Shown: piece by piece, positions 15,646 through 25,200 of the stretch
Position numbering within the stretch: the first letter of the stretch is position 1
Layout of the letters: every line of letters starts with the position of its first letter
IMG/VR virus record: IMGVR_UViG_3300033405_000010
Reading direction: 5' to 3' (one strand)
Origin: an uncultured virus (IMG/VR IMGVR_UViG_3300033405_000010)
Lineage: Duplodnaviria; Heunggongvirae; Uroviricota; Caudoviricetes
Length of the DNA: 36,235 nucleotides
Position numbers and translations under genes: made by a program
The notes under the pieces: generated by a model
The model's input: only the letters and a program-made list of their open reading frames with translations
Told to the model about the DNA's origin: nothing
Databases searched by the model: none

Positions 15646-15933
15646 TCACGGCTGACCCTCTCGACCCATCCGGATTCCTTCCGCGTAGGCTGCGGCGAAC
15701 GCGATGCTGGCCCGATGGCCCCCTAGCCCGATAATCTTGCCGCCCAACCGCTCGAAGAACTCCTGGAGGTGCCCCGGGAGGGTGTCGAAATCCTGCTCCC
15801 ATGTCTCCGCGTCCCCGTCGAACCGGTCTTCGAGCATCTTGACGAACCGTGCATCCAAGCGGTGTTGAGCGGCCTGGTCCATCAGCAACGCGGCGGTCCG
15901 GAACTGCGCCTTCGCGCTCGCGCCGTCGGTCAT
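15646..15933 (-). CDS. hypothetical protein (MTDGASAKAQFR...)
   Basis: ATGA overlap at 15930-15933. Confidence 0.65.
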   Translation of the reverse strand: MTDGASAKAQFRTAALLMDQAAQHRLDARFVKMLEDRFDGDAETWEQDFDTLPGHLQEFFERLGGKIIGLGGHRASIAFAAAYAEGIRMGREGQP

Positions 15934-16136
15934 GGCCCGTTCCAACCGCACTCCCGGCACGGCTTGCCGATGTCCTTCAGCGCGTGGCAGCGGCACCTCT
16001 CGGTGTGCGTCAAATCCATCGCCTCTCGTTGGAGGTCGGCCCAGCCAGTCGTCGCGGGCGGTGCAATCGTCACGGTCCACTCTCGGGACGCGAGGTACCT
16101 CACGAACTCCTCCAACCGCTCGGCCTTGGTCTTCAT
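15930..16136 (-). CDS. small Cys/His zinc-binding protein
   Basis: MKTKAERLEEF...HTERCRCH...PCRECG; coupled on both sides. Confidence 0.65.
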   Translation of the reverse strand: MKTKAERLEEFVRYLASREWTVTIAPPATTGWADLQREAMDLTHTERCRCHALKDIGKPCRECGWNGP

Positions 16137-16462
16137 GGGAGCGCGTCCTCGATGGACTTCCACGTCTTCGGGTGCAGTTCCGCGTACATGGCGAGGCTGG
16201 CGGGGTTGTCGTCGAGGATGACCACGCCCCCGGGATGAATCTCACCGCACTCGGGGCAGGGGCGGTCGACCCAAGTCCGAACGCCAGCGTCCTCCAGGGC
16301 TTCGCGCACCAGGCGCCGGAGCTTCTGACCGATGATGAAGTTCCTCCGCTTCGCGGTCGTTTCGTTCGCGGTTTTCCATGCTGCCTCGATACGTTTCTTG
16401 AACGTCCGAAGCCCCTGGACCTCGCTTACGAGCGCCCGGTGCGCGGGGTCGTCGCAGGTCAC
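16133..16462 (-). CDS. hypothetical protein with CPECGEIH
   Basis: Coupled on both sides. Confidence 0.7.
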   Translation of the reverse strand: MTCDDPAHRALVSEVQGLRTFKKRIEAAWKTANETTAKRRNFIIGQKLRRLVREALEDAGVRTWVDRPCPECGEIHPGGVVILDDNPASLAMYAELHPKTWKSIEDALP

Positions 16463-16680
16463 GGAGTTGCCTCGCGCACGCGGATTTCTCCGCTCTCCTC
16501 TACCGTGTACTCCCAGGTCGAGCCCATACGGAACGGGCAGCCGTTCGAGTTCACGGCGCGCGGATAGCGGAAGTGGACCTTCTGCCGGTTCGGGTCGTCC
16601 AAGTCCTCGACGAGCCGAACGTCGAACATATCGCCGTCCATCGCCACGGACCAGACCTTGAGGGTCTGCGTGTGCCTCAC
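16459..16680 (-). CDS. small beta-rich hypothetical protein
   Basis: Coupled to the downstream gene; 4 nt after the upstream stop. Confidence 0.65.
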   Translation of the reverse strand: MRHTQTLKVWSVAMDGDMFDVRLVEDLDDPNRQKVHFRYPRAVNSNGCPFRMGSTWEYTVEESGEIRVREATP

Positions 16681-16684
16681 GGTT

Positions 16685-16945
16685 CTACACCGTTACGGTC
16701 TTGGCCGAGCCGTCCGGGTTGACGCGCCCGCGAGGAGTCGACGCCAGGACGACGAGCGCCTTCCTCGCCCACTTGCGGTCGTGCTCCTTCTGGTCCTCGG
16801 GGAGGTCCTTGTACGGGACCATCAGGGACTGCCACCGCTTCCGTCGCTCGGCCGAGATGCCGGGCTCGCTGGAGAGGAGCGTCTTCGCCCATGCCATCCA
16901 CTGGTCGTGTTCCAACGCGGCCAACGCTTCGAGTTCCTCTGTCAT
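16685..16945 (-). CDS. RyR-repeat domain protein
   Basis: LAALEHDQW...LMVPYKDLPEDQKEHDR signature; ATGA overlap at 16942-16945. Confidence 0.75.
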   Translation of the reverse strand: MTEELEALAALEHDQWMAWAKTLLSSEPGISAERRKRWQSLMVPYKDLPEDQKEHDRKWARKALVVLASTPRGRVNPDGSAKTVTV

Positions 16946-17091
16946 CTTGGTATCACCGACATCGACTTCGTTTCGCAGGGCCGGTCGTGCCAATACGATT
17001 TGCCATCCGTCACCGCGCGGGTCCCCTTCCGCATCGGCTTCCCACAGACGAAACAGGTCGTGTGCTCGTCGAGGACCACGTAGTGCGGCAT
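16942..17091 (-). CDS. 49-aa zinc finger (CFVCGKPM...WHDRPC)
   Basis: Hand-translated; AAGGTG RBS; strong TATA upstream. Confidence 0.65.
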   Translation of the reverse strand: MPHYVVLDEHTTCFVCGKPMRKGTRAVTDGKSYWHDRPCETKSMSVIPR

Positions 17092-17120
17092 CGCACCTTA
17101 CCCGACGGAAGGCGGTCGGC

Positions 17121-17131
17121 TAAATAAATAA
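17121..17131 (-). promoter_or_regulatory. TATA box (TTATTTATTTA) for the 17091-15646 gene run
   Basis: Pure AT run 30 nt upstream of ATG 17091. Confidence 0.6.
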
Positions 17132-17136
17132 GTTGG

Positions 17137-17904
17137 TCACGGGGACCTGGTCGCGGCCGTCCGAACGAGGCGCACGTTGTCCCTGGGGAACGGCAGGTCG
17201 TCGATTACGTGCAGGAAGACGTAGGCCGCGTAGATGACCTCATCGCGGTCGAAATACGTCTCGTTCTCTTTCTCGATGTACGCCCTGCCACGGTCCTTGG
17301 CGGCCCTCTCGACGCGGTCGGCGAACTCGCTCGGCGAGGTGTCGTACTCGATGCTGTCGGCGAGGTGGCGGCCGTCGGTCCAGTCCCCATAGAGGACGAT
17401 GTCGATGTCGCAGAGACCGGCGCGACCGCAGCCTGCCGTCCAAGCCCCAACCATGTCCTTGGGGTTCTTGTGGTGGTACAACTCGGTGGAACCCCAGAAG
17501 CCGTGACCGCCGGTGATTTTCTGACCGGCCAACCAAATCTCGGCGACACGCGCCTCGTCCGAATCGGGATAGGCTTCCTTGTCGACCTCTGTGACGCACC
17601 GAACGATGGGGACCTCCCTGGGAGGCGCTTTCGGGGTCGGGGCCCGTGGATTCTGCCGGTACTCGCTGGGTAAGCGAAGGGCTTCCTGGGCCCGCAGGAG
17701 AAGAAGCTGTGCCCGAAGGGCTCGCCCCACCATCACCGTGCCGATGGTGCGGTTGTGCGCGATTTTGATGAGCATACCACGAGCGTGGCCGATTTCCTGG
17801 CGCGCTTCGTCGTAGGCGCGCTTGGTATCGGGGTCGAGCGGGTTCCCGACGACCTGTGCGAGGTAGCTCGACCCATCCTTTCGTCGGATGCGGACGAGCT
17901 TCAT
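17137..17904 (-). CDS. LVRVRRKDG-leader protein with NP-delimited modules
   Basis: MKLVRIRRKDGSSYLAQVVGNP; internal RQNP. Confidence 0.8.
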   Translation of the reverse strand: MKLVRIRRKDGSSYLAQVVGNPLDPDTKRAYDEARQEIGHARGMLIKIAHNRTIGTVMVGRALRAQLLLLRAQEALRLPSEYRQNPRAPTPKAPPREVPIVRCVTEVDKEAYPDSDEARVAEIWLAGQKITGGHGFWGSTELYHHKNPKDMVGAWTAGCGRAGLCDIDIVLYGDWTDGRHLADSIEYDTSPSEFADRVERAAKDRGRAYIEKENETYFDRDEVIYAAYVFLHVIDDLPFPRDNVRLVRTAATRSP

Positions 17905-18464
17905 CGGCGCCGGAGCATCCTGGCCGCGGCGTCGACCGACCGCTCCAGCCGCCGCATGTACTGTAGGAGCCCGGCCATTTCCATCGACTCCGGGTCGCCC
18001 GTCGCCACAACCATCCGGGCTGGGGACAGGGCCTCCGCGGCCATCTCGATTTGCGACCGCGCTCGGTCGAGGTGGCCCGCGGCTTCACGCCGGAGGACGA
18101 TGGGGTTCTTCAGGTGACGCGGGTTCTCTTTCCATTCCTTGAGGGCGATGTAGGCGTACTTGAGAACGAGCTTCTTGAACCATCCCGGGAGGCGTTCGAA
18201 GTCCATGCGTGCCACCTCTTTGCTATGCCAGGATGCACCCCCCCGTGCGTACGCTACCCGAGTCGAGGCCATCTCTTGGCGGTCGCCGAGGTTGCTCAGG
18301 TTCCAGTAGGCACGGGCAAACTCCGCCGGTCCTATCGCCACATGGCCGCGTCGGACAACAAGACCATAGGGCAGCGCCTTCCGAACCGTTTGCCGCGGGT
18401 TGGGCTCGACGAGGAGCGCCAGGTACTTGGTGCCGTCCTTGCGGCGGACGCGGACGAGTTTCAT
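17901..18464 (-). CDS. LVRVRRKDG-leader protein
   Basis: MKLVRVRRKDGTKYLALLVEPNP; internal KENP and LKNP. Confidence 0.8.
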   Translation of the reverse strand: MKLVRVRRKDGTKYLALLVEPNPRQTVRKALPYGLVVRRGHVAIGPAEFARAYWNLSNLGDRQEMASTRVAYARGGASWHSKEVARMDFERLPGWFKKLVLKYAYIALKEWKENPRHLKNPIVLRREAAGHLDRARSQIEMAAEALSPARMVVATGDPESMEMAGLLQYMRRLERSVDAAARMLRRR

Positions 18465-18862
18465 CACGCGCTGACCCCTCCTATCTTGTAGTACGCTTTC
18501 AGCGCCAGCCGCGCTCGCGTCATCCCCTCCAGAATCTCGTCCCTGACATCGGACGGAAGGTCCCTTTCCAGGAGCGACTGACGGAGCAGGAACATCTCAC
18601 GAAGCGCCTTCCTGATTGCCTGTGGCGTCCGGCGCCATGCCGCCAGGTACTCCGGGGGAACCTTGAACCCGCGCGCGTACCCCTTCATGGACATCCGCGG
18701 GTTGAATCGGAGGTCCGCCTTGTACTCCTTGACCCCGGCCCGCTTCAGCGCCATCAGCCGCTGCTGAAGGCTCGGCTCGCGGACGCTCGTCCGCGGATTC
18801 GGCCCGATGACCTCGGCCAGATAGCGACTCCCGTCCTTCCGTCGCACTCGTACCAGTTTCAT
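18464..18862 (-). CDS. LVRVRRKDG-leader protein
   Basis: MKLVRVRRKDGSRYLAEVIGPNP; internal RFNP. Confidence 0.8.
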   Translation of the reverse strand: MKLVRVRRKDGSRYLAEVIGPNPRTSVREPSLQQRLMALKRAGVKEYKADLRFNPRMSMKGYARGFKVPPEYLAAWRRTPQAIRKALREMFLLRQSLLERDLPSDVRDEILEGMTRARLALKAYYKIGGVSA

Positions 18863-18864
18863 GT

Positions 18865-19422
18865 CTACTCCAATACCATCGGGATGACCTGCACGCGGCT
18901 GGCGCCCGTCGAGAAGAGGTTCCACCGCTTGTTCCTTGCCCGGTCCGCCGCCTCCTTTGCCAACCGCTCCGAACGGAACGCCCGGTTTCGGAAGACCTTG
19001 GAGGCCAAGCCCTGGAACACCACGAGGTATATCGTCGGCCCGCCCGGGTTCCGCTTCGGGTAGCCTTTGAGCGTGGTCGTGCAGACCGCCCAGGGATTCA
19101 CCGGGCTGCCCGACCGCTTGACCTGCATTACACAGGACTCGAACTTGCGGCGGAAGGAGGCAGTGGCGATTTGACGGTAGTGCGGGTTGTACTGGGTCAC
19201 GTCCTCGTGACGCGCGAGCATCCTCTCCTCGCGCTTCGACGGGGTTCCGTAGTAAGAGACGAAGTTGGGACCCTGGTCCGCGACGCGCAGGCCCCGCGAC
19301 TCCAGGACCTTGGCGGCCTTCTCGACGTCCGAGGTCTTGTCGTAGAAGATGTAGCGGACGACCCGGCCGTTCTTGATGGAACTGAAACCCGTCCGGGGAG
19401 AGGGCATGTGACCGATGGTCAT
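18865..19422 (-). CDS. basic modular protein with internal NP motifs and a KFxxCV...VK...AVC domain
   Basis: ATG 9 nt after motif copy 3; QYNP, PVNP, KRNP. Confidence 0.75.
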   Translation of the reverse strand: MTIGHMPSPRTGFSSIKNGRVVRYIFYDKTSDVEKAAKVLESRGLRVADQGPNFVSYYGTPSKREERMLARHEDVTQYNPHYRQIATASFRRKFESCVMQVKRSGSPVNPWAVCTTTLKGYPKRNPGGPTIYLVVFQGLASKVFRNRAFRSERLAKEAADRARNKRWNLFSTGASRVQVIPMVLE

Positions 19423-19431
19423 CCCTGGGAC

Positions 19432-19457
19432 CACCCGGCCCAGGCTATTTGAGACCT
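19432..19457 (-). promoter_or_regulatory. conserved 26-bp putative late promoter, copy 3
   Basis: AGGTCTCAAATA-GCCTGG-GCCGGGTG, followed by 9 nt and the ATG at 19422. Confidence 0.75.
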
Positions 19458-19464
19458 CAGCCGG

Positions 19465-21570
19465 CTACGTGATGCCCGTGTTGCGGAGGGCCTTCTCCAC
19501 GAGGTCGCGTTGGAGTTCGATGATGAGGTCCGGGACGGCCTCCATGAGCGCCTCGACCGTGCTGCCCGCGGCGGCGTAGTCGTGACCCAGGATGAAGTCG
19601 TCGATGGTCATGTAGGACCCATCCTCGCGCCGGTAGTTGTCGAGTTCCTTGTTCTCCTTCAGCGCCTTGATGGTGCCCGACATCTCCTGGCCGACGACCA
19701 ACAGGAGCGTCGTCACGCCGCTGTTGCTCATCTCCTTGACAGCCGCGACGTACTTCTGCGTGTTCTCGTCCGTCTTGACGTCGGACCAGGCCGCGTCCGT
19801 GATGGTGACGTAGAGCTTGCCGGGGGCCGGGGATTCCTTGAACTGCTTGAGCGCGAACGCGGCAGGCTGCCACGGGCCGGTGCCGCCGAAGTGCATGTCC
19901 AGCGGGTAGTACATCTGACTCTCCTTGACGGTCTGGTGGTCCTTGACCACGTTGTACCAGTTGCGGTCGCCGATTCCCCACCAAATCAGTTCGACCTCGG
20001 AGCCGACGTCCGCGAGCGCCTGGCCCACGACGTACGACATCCCGGCCGTCGCGTGGACGCGGGAGACGTAGGCCGGGATTTCACGTCGGCTCTGGCTGTT
20101 GACCGTGTAGAAGCTCGCGTAGCCCTGTCCGATGTCGTCGTCCCCCGCCGTGCCGCGTCGGGTTCCCTCCATCCACGTCGGCTCGACGACCTCTCCGATG
20201 GCGCGCAGGGCAGCGCCGAGTTGGCTCCAATCGCGGCCTCCGCGCGAGACGAGTTGTGGGTCGATGCCGGCGGGATGGTAGTCCATGACCACGGGGTCGC
20301 CGGCGCCCACGTCCGGCCTTTGCATCGAGCCGCTCAGGTCGGAGGAGATGATGACGAACACGCCGGCTTCGAGCCGGAGGTCGGGGATGGCGCGCTTCCA
20401 GATGCGGGTGTTTCCCCGGTCCCAGGTCATGGCCCGAGGCAGGTCGAGGAATCCGGACAACTGCCGTGGGATTTCCTGGGGCGCGAGACGACCAAGCGCC
20501 TCGTTGAGGATTCGGGCCATCTCCTGGCGGTGGGTGTCCCAGTACGGGGGCGCGGGTAGCCAAATCCCCAACTGCGAGGCCGTTGAGCAGGTATCGCTGG
20601 GGCCGCCGAATTGGGCCTCGACCTCGGCGATGATGTCGGGCAGCGGGGAAAGGACCGCGTCGTCCGATACCCATACCTCGGACTCCACGGTCGTCGTACC
20701 GCCGAGAGGGGCTTTGCCGGTCGGTTTGACGCCGCCTCCGGCGCCTGACCGACTGGGTCCTTTTCCGCCGCCGCTCCGCCCCTGACCTCCCCTGCCCTTG
20801 TGCCGCCGGATGTCGTGGCCAGGCGGCTCTCCCTCGCCCTCGGCTTCCGCCTCCGCTTCGGACTCGGCCTCCGCCTCAGCTTCAGCCTCCGCTTCGGACT
20901 CGGCCTCTGCTTCCGCCTCGGCCTCTGATTCAGCTTCGGCCTCGGCTTCCGCCTCCGCTTCGGCCTCGGCTTCCGCTTCGGCCTCGGCCTCTGCCTCCCC
21001 TTCGGACTCGGCCTCTGCCTCTCCCTCGCCTTCCCCTTCGCCTTCGCCCTCGCCCTCGCCTTCGCCCTCGCCTTCCCCTTCGCCCTCGCCTTCGCCCTCG
21101 CCTTCCCCTTCGCCCTCGCCCTCGCCTTCCCCTTCGCCCTCGCCGCCCTCTCCCTCAGCCTCGGCCTCGGACTCGGACTCGGCTTCGCTCTCGGCCTCGG
21201 ACTCAGCCTCGCTCTCGGATTCGGCCTCGGCTTCCGCTTCTGCCTCCGCCTCCGCTTCTGCCTCGGCCTCGCTTTCGGCCTCGCTCTCCCCTTCGATGCC
21301 TTCGGGCTTCGGGGGTTCCCATTCCTCGATGGGGAAGTCGGGCGGGGGAATCGGACCTTCGCCCTCGCTCTCGCCCTCAGCGCCCACCGGGGGCTTCTCG
21401 GTGACCCGCTCCGCCTTGCCCTTCACGCCCAGGTCGTGCATGATGGCGGCCTGCTCGCTCTGCTCCTTCCGCACTTTGCCGCGGACGGCCGCGAGTTCCT
21501 GGCGGGCTTCGCTGATGGCTTTGGTCATCTCGACCGCGGATGACCGAGCGACGGGGTCCTTGGTCACCAT
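19465..21570 (-). CDS. vWA (MIDAS) domain protein with long acidic EA/EG linker; CobT-like MoxR partner
   Basis: SGFLDLPR (CobT-like), IISSDLSGSM (DxSxS), GGT, VTITDA. Confidence 0.85.
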   Translation of the reverse strand: MVTKDPVARSSAVEMTKAISEARQELAAVRGKVRKEQSEQAAIMHDLGVKGKAERVTEKPPVGAEGESEGEGPIPPPDFPIEEWEPPKPEGIEGESEAESEAEAEAEAEAEAEAEAESESEAESEAESEAESESEAEAEGEGGEGEGEGEGEGEGEGEGEGEGEGEGEGEGEGEGEGEGEGEGEAEAESEGEAEAEAEAEAEAEAEAEAEAEAESEAEAEAEAESEAEAEAEAEAESEAEAEAEGEGEPPGHDIRRHKGRGGQGRSGGGKGPSRSGAGGGVKPTGKAPLGGTTTVESEVWVSDDAVLSPLPDIIAEVEAQFGGPSDTCSTASQLGIWLPAPPYWDTHRQEMARILNEALGRLAPQEIPRQLSGFLDLPRAMTWDRGNTRIWKRAIPDLRLEAGVFVIISSDLSGSMQRPDVGAGDPVVMDYHPAGIDPQLVSRGGRDWSQLGAALRAIGEVVEPTWMEGTRRGTAGDDDIGQGYASFYTVNSQSRREIPAYVSRVHATAGMSYVVGQALADVGSEVELIWWGIGDRNWYNVVKDHQTVKESQMYYPLDMHFGGTGPWQPAAFALKQFKESPAPGKLYVTITDAAWSDVKTDENTQKYVAAVKEMSNSGVTTLLLVVGQEMSGTIKALKENKELDNYRREDGSYMTIDDFILGHDYAAAGSTVEALMEAVPDLIIELQRDLVEKALRNTGIT
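20828..21293 (-). repeat. hexamer low-complexity repeat encoding (EA/ES)n-(EG)n-(EA/ES)n
   Basis: GAGGCC/GAAGCG/GAGTCC and GAGGGC/GAAGGC/GAAGGG units; about 155 codons with Glu at nearly every second position. Confidence 0.9.
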
Positions 21571-21571
21571 G

Positions 21572-22603
21572 CTACGGTGTCTTCCCTCCCTTCGGGATGA
21601 CCTGCGGTTCATCCACGACCTGCCACAGGCCGGTCGGCTTGCCGTGAAAGTCGAGCAGCTTCTTGATGGTCGGGGGCTTCCAGATGTTGCCGGCGGCTTC
21701 GGTCTCCTGCTTCTCCAACTGCCACCGCGTGAGGACCTCGCGGAGCTTCTGGAGGCTCATGTACGTCCCCTCGGTCATCATCACCGAGTAGCGGTACTTA
21801 CCGAGTTGCTCCTCCATGCTTTTCATCAGGTCCCGAACCTTCTGCTCGCTCGGCTTCTGGGTCGGGCGGTCGCCCGCGAGACCGAGAAGCGTGGCCGCGA
21901 TGATGGCCTTTTCCTTGATGGGAAGTGCATCGACCTTCGGCCACAGGTCGAGCGTCGCGTTCCGGCACGCGATTACGACCGCTTCCATGCCCTCGGGGTC
22001 CTTGGGCGGGAAGAGTTTCATCGCCGTTTCCAAGAGGTGCCCGACGGGGTCCTCCTCGTCCTTTAGCGCGTCCGCGTACCGCGGGTCGTTCGTAGAGTTC
22101 GCCGAGGCCCATAGGCCGATTACGTCGTTCGTGACGAGGAGGGCCTTCAGCGTTGCGGGGAAGGACGCGGCGAAAGCGGGGCTCTCGCGCATCATCTCCT
22201 CCAGAATCGGGACGAAGTCGTCGATGGCCTTGATGGGGTGCAAGCCCTTGCCCTGCGCGAGCGCGGCGAGCTGGCCCTGCGCCTCGTTGAGGTTGTCGAT
22301 GACGGAGGGCTTCTCTGGGGCCTCCTCCCCTGGGGCCGGCTTCTTCGGCTGAACCCCGGAAGCCTGCGCCTTCATCAGTTCCAGCGCGACCTCACGCTCG
22401 AATGGGGTCTGCTCGGCGAACAGGTCGCCGATGCCAGCCGCCATCTCCGCCAACTCCTCGTCGGAGAGTGGGAACGGAACGGTCTCCTCGCCAGTCGGGG
22501 TCGTAGGCACGGCAGGAGCGCCGGGCAGTGTGGCCCGGCGCGCGACCCGCATCTTCTTGCCCTTCCGCCGTCGGGGCGACATGACATCGGTCGCGGGAGT
22601 CAC
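21572..22603 (-). CDS. helical hypothetical protein within the MoxR/vWA operon
   Basis: GTGA overlap with the upstream stop and a GGAGGTGA RBS; alternative ATG at 22582. Confidence 0.75.
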   Translation of the reverse strand: MTPATDVMSPRRRKGKKMRVARRATLPGAPAVPTTPTGEETVPFPLSDEELAEMAAGIGDLFAEQTPFEREVALELMKAQASGVQPKKPAPGEEAPEKPSVIDNLNEAQGQLAALAQGKGLHPIKAIDDFVPILEEMMRESPAFAASFPATLKALLVTNDVIGLWASANSTNDPRYADALKDEEDPVGHLLETAMKLFPPKDPEGMEAVVIACRNATLDLWPKVDALPIKEKAIIAATLLGLAGDRPTQKPSEQKVRDLMKSMEEQLGKYRYSVMMTEGTYMSLQKLREVLTRWQLEKQETEAAGNIWKPPTIKKLLDFHGKPTGLWQVVDEPQVIPKGGKTP

Positions 22604-25200
22604 GAGAAGGTCGTCACCTCCATGTGCTTGACGGGCCCGGGGCTGTAGCCCGGGGCTGTGGCCCACACGTCGACTTCGAACTTCGTGCCCTTCGGCAGGT
22701 CGTAGATGTCCACGGTGATGGGGTAGAACGTGTTCTGGGTCACCGGCTTCAGCGAGAAGTCAACTCCGCGCGAGATTCCGGCGCCTGTGATGTTGACGTG
22801 CCCCGTCGTCCCCTTGTCCGGGGCATCTGCCCCAGCGTTCACAGTGACGAGGACACGCTGATTCCCGGGAATCGCCAGCACCTTAAGTTCCAGGTCCTTG
22901 GATGCCTGCTTGTTGGTCGGCAGGGTCCGAGCCGGCGGGGAGTTCGGGCCGAGCGTCGGCACGCCCGGAAGCATCACCGGGGCCTGGGCCACGGGTACGG
23001 GGGCGACCGGTCCCGAGGGGGTGGGCCCGCCGGGCGCGGTCGGTGGAGCTACCGCGACGGGCGGAGGCGGGGCGGGGGCCTGTGGCAGCTTGAGCGGTTT
23101 GGTAAGCGGCTTGGTTTCGGGCAACTCGACCGGTGGCAGGTTCAGGTCGTCCATCACGGAGTGGACCGCGGCGCGGCGGCGTACCCACCGCGCCATGCCA
23201 TCGAGGAGGCCGGCCAGGACCTTCCGCTGCGCGTCGAACGGGTCCGGGCTTTCCTCCATTTGGACCTTCACAATCTTCTGCGCGCGCTCTTTCGCGCCCT
23301 TGGTGGCCGCCTCTTTGTCGCTCGCGTGATGGACGCCCGTCGGCACGGGCGCGTCGATTTTGATGATGTCGCCGGGTTCGATGCCCGACGTGAGCGGCGC
23401 GAGCAGGTCCCTCTCGGTCGGCCAAAAGATGCGCTCCACGAGGTAGGAGAACGCCTGGATGTGGCCCATGAGGGCGACGTCGTTCGGCTCGTCCTTGCCG
23501 CGAGGGGACGTCAGCGGAACGTAGACGGCGGCGATGGGGCCCATCCACTCCAGCATCCCCTCGATGGGCGGCTTCGTCGCGTCCGACCGGCCCGTCGCAC
23601 GGGTCGTCTCCTGGTCCGTGCTCAACTCTTTCGGGTCGAGGAAGAAGCGCCCCGCGGTGAGGCCGTAGCGGAAGTTCGGGTCGAAGACCTTCGCCACGTT
23701 GTAGGTGAACCACCGCGGCAGCCCGGCGCGCATCTGCGATAGCTGCGTTTCGAGCCGCTGGTCCTCGATGAGATTGCGCTGCATGGCGAACTGCATCATC
23801 ACCGAGTTACCGTTCGGAGCCTCGGACTGCACGAGCATGACCCAGTTGTTCCCCGCCGTGTCGCTCTGGCTCTGGCTCTCCGCGACGCCGATGGCGCGTT
23901 CGAGCAGCGTCTCGAAGTTCTTGGCGACCTGCGCCGCGCCGACCTTCGGGGGCAGCGTCATCGTCGGCAGCACCTCGTTGAAGAGCGCGACGATGCGCTC
24001 CTTCGCCGCCTCGTGGGGCAGGGTGGTGGCGGGCTGGTACCTTACCACGCAGCCCTCGCTGGGCCTCGACCGGTCGTACCGCATGACGTTGACCATCATC
24101 TCCTGGAACAACTCCATGATGTCCCGCTCGGACTGCTGCTCGTACTCCTCGCCCTTGACCTGCTTCAGCGTCCGCGCGTTGTTCAGCGCCTCGACCATCT
24201 GACCGCCGTGACCCGCGTCGGAACGGACCTGGCTCAGTTCGTTGTTGAGCGATACGATGCGTCGGGCGGCGAGGTCCACGTCGGCCTTGAGGGTGACCTC
24301 CTGAGTGCTGTGGCGCCGGGCGACGCGCTTCGAGACGCCCTTCTTGTCCATGTCGGCCTGAATCTTGTCGTACTTCGCTTTCTCGGCGGCGACGAACGTG
24401 TTCAGTTGCGCCTGCTTCTGGTCCATCTCGGCCTGAATCTTCTCGACTTGCTTCTCCAGGTCCTCGACCTTCTTGACCATCTCCGGCGAGGTTCCGAACG
24501 TGTTGATGAAGTCCTCCACGGCTCCGAGTCGCTCCGGACCGGGCACGTAGTCGAGCCGCTCCGTCAGCCAGGGGTGGATGATTTCCTCCATCCGTCCGGA
24601 CAGGCGCGCCATGACGGGCTGAAGCTGAAGGGCCTTCCGCGTCTCCTCGTCGATGACGCTCGCGTCCAGGTAGGAGGCCATCATGTAGTAGAGGAAGACG
24701 AACTCCATCGCGTCACTCGGCGCGATGCTTTCGAGGTAGGTCCGCAGCGACACCAGGTTGTCGCGCAGCGCCAGGGCTGCGGCCGGGAAGTCGTCCACCC
24801 ACCGTGGGGTGAGCATGATGTGGCCCATCTCGTGGTAGACGAGCCCGCCCATCATCTTCCAGATGCCCGAGGTGTCGGGAACGGCGTGCCCCGAGGAATC
24901 GGCGCTGATGTTCCGCGCGATGACCTCGTTGCCGTTGATGAAGACGCGCGACCGGTCCCCCTCGGTCTTCGTGTAGGCGAGCTGGTCCGCGTGCTCCGGC
25001 TCGACCTTGAGCGACATCGGGATTTGCTGGCCCGAGATGATGAACGCCAACTCCCCGAGCGCGCGCGCGACGATTTGGAGACGGTGCTGGAGCATCGGCA
25101 GCCCGTCCAGGTCGGTGCGGACTTGATGCGCGACGGCGACGACCCGCCCGGCCGAGGTCGTGGGCATCACGGTCCGGGCCGCGGACCCGGACAGGGCCAT
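22600..25200 (-). CDS. large HExxH metallopeptidase-like (CobT N-terminal type) protein with coiled coil and C-terminal beta domain
   Basis: GGLVYHEMGHIMLT and distal NLIEDQRLE; TAATG overlap with the ATPase stop. Confidence 0.75.
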   Translation of the reverse strand: MALSGSAARTVMPTTSAGRVVAVAHQVRTDLDGLPMLQHRLQIVARALGELAFIISGQQIPMSLKVEPEHADQLAYTKTEGDRSRVFINGNEVIARNISADSSGHAVPDTSGIWKMMGGLVYHEMGHIMLTPRWVDDFPAAALALRDNLVSLRTYLESIAPSDAMEFVFLYYMMASYLDASVIDEETRKALQLQPVMARLSGRMEEIIHPWLTERLDYVPGPERLGAVEDFINTFGTSPEMVKKVEDLEKQVEKIQAEMDQKQAQLNTFVAAEKAKYDKIQADMDKKGVSKRVARRHSTQEVTLKADVDLAARRIVSLNNELSQVRSDAGHGGQMVEALNNARTLKQVKGEEYEQQSERDIMELFQEMMVNVMRYDRSRPSEGCVVRYQPATTLPHEAAKERIVALFNEVLPTMTLPPKVGAAQVAKNFETLLERAIGVAESQSQSDTAGNNWVMLVQSEAPNGNSVMMQFAMQRNLIEDQRLETQLSQMRAGLPRWFTYNVAKVFDPNFRYGLTAGRFFLDPKELSTDQETTRATGRSDATKPPIEGMLEWMGPIAAVYVPLTSPRGKDEPNDVALMGHIQAFSYLVERIFWPTERDLLAPLTSGIEPGDIIKIDAPVPTGVHHASDKEAATKGAKERAQKIVKVQMEESPDPFDAQRKVLAGLLDGMARWVRRRAAVHSVMDDLNLPPVELPETKPLTKPLKLPQAPAPPPPVAVAPPTAPGGPTPSGPVAPVPVAQAPVMLPGVPTLGPNSPPARTLPTNKQASKDLELKVLAIPGNQRVLVTVNAGADAPDKGTTGHVNITGAGISRGVDFSLKPVTQNTFYPITVDIYDLPKGTKFEVDVWATAPGYSPGPVKHMEVTTFS

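Noticed and set aside
20798..22066. 422-aa + strand ORF with SA/SP repeats
   Set aside because: Antisense shadow of the Glu-rich repeat in the vWA gene.
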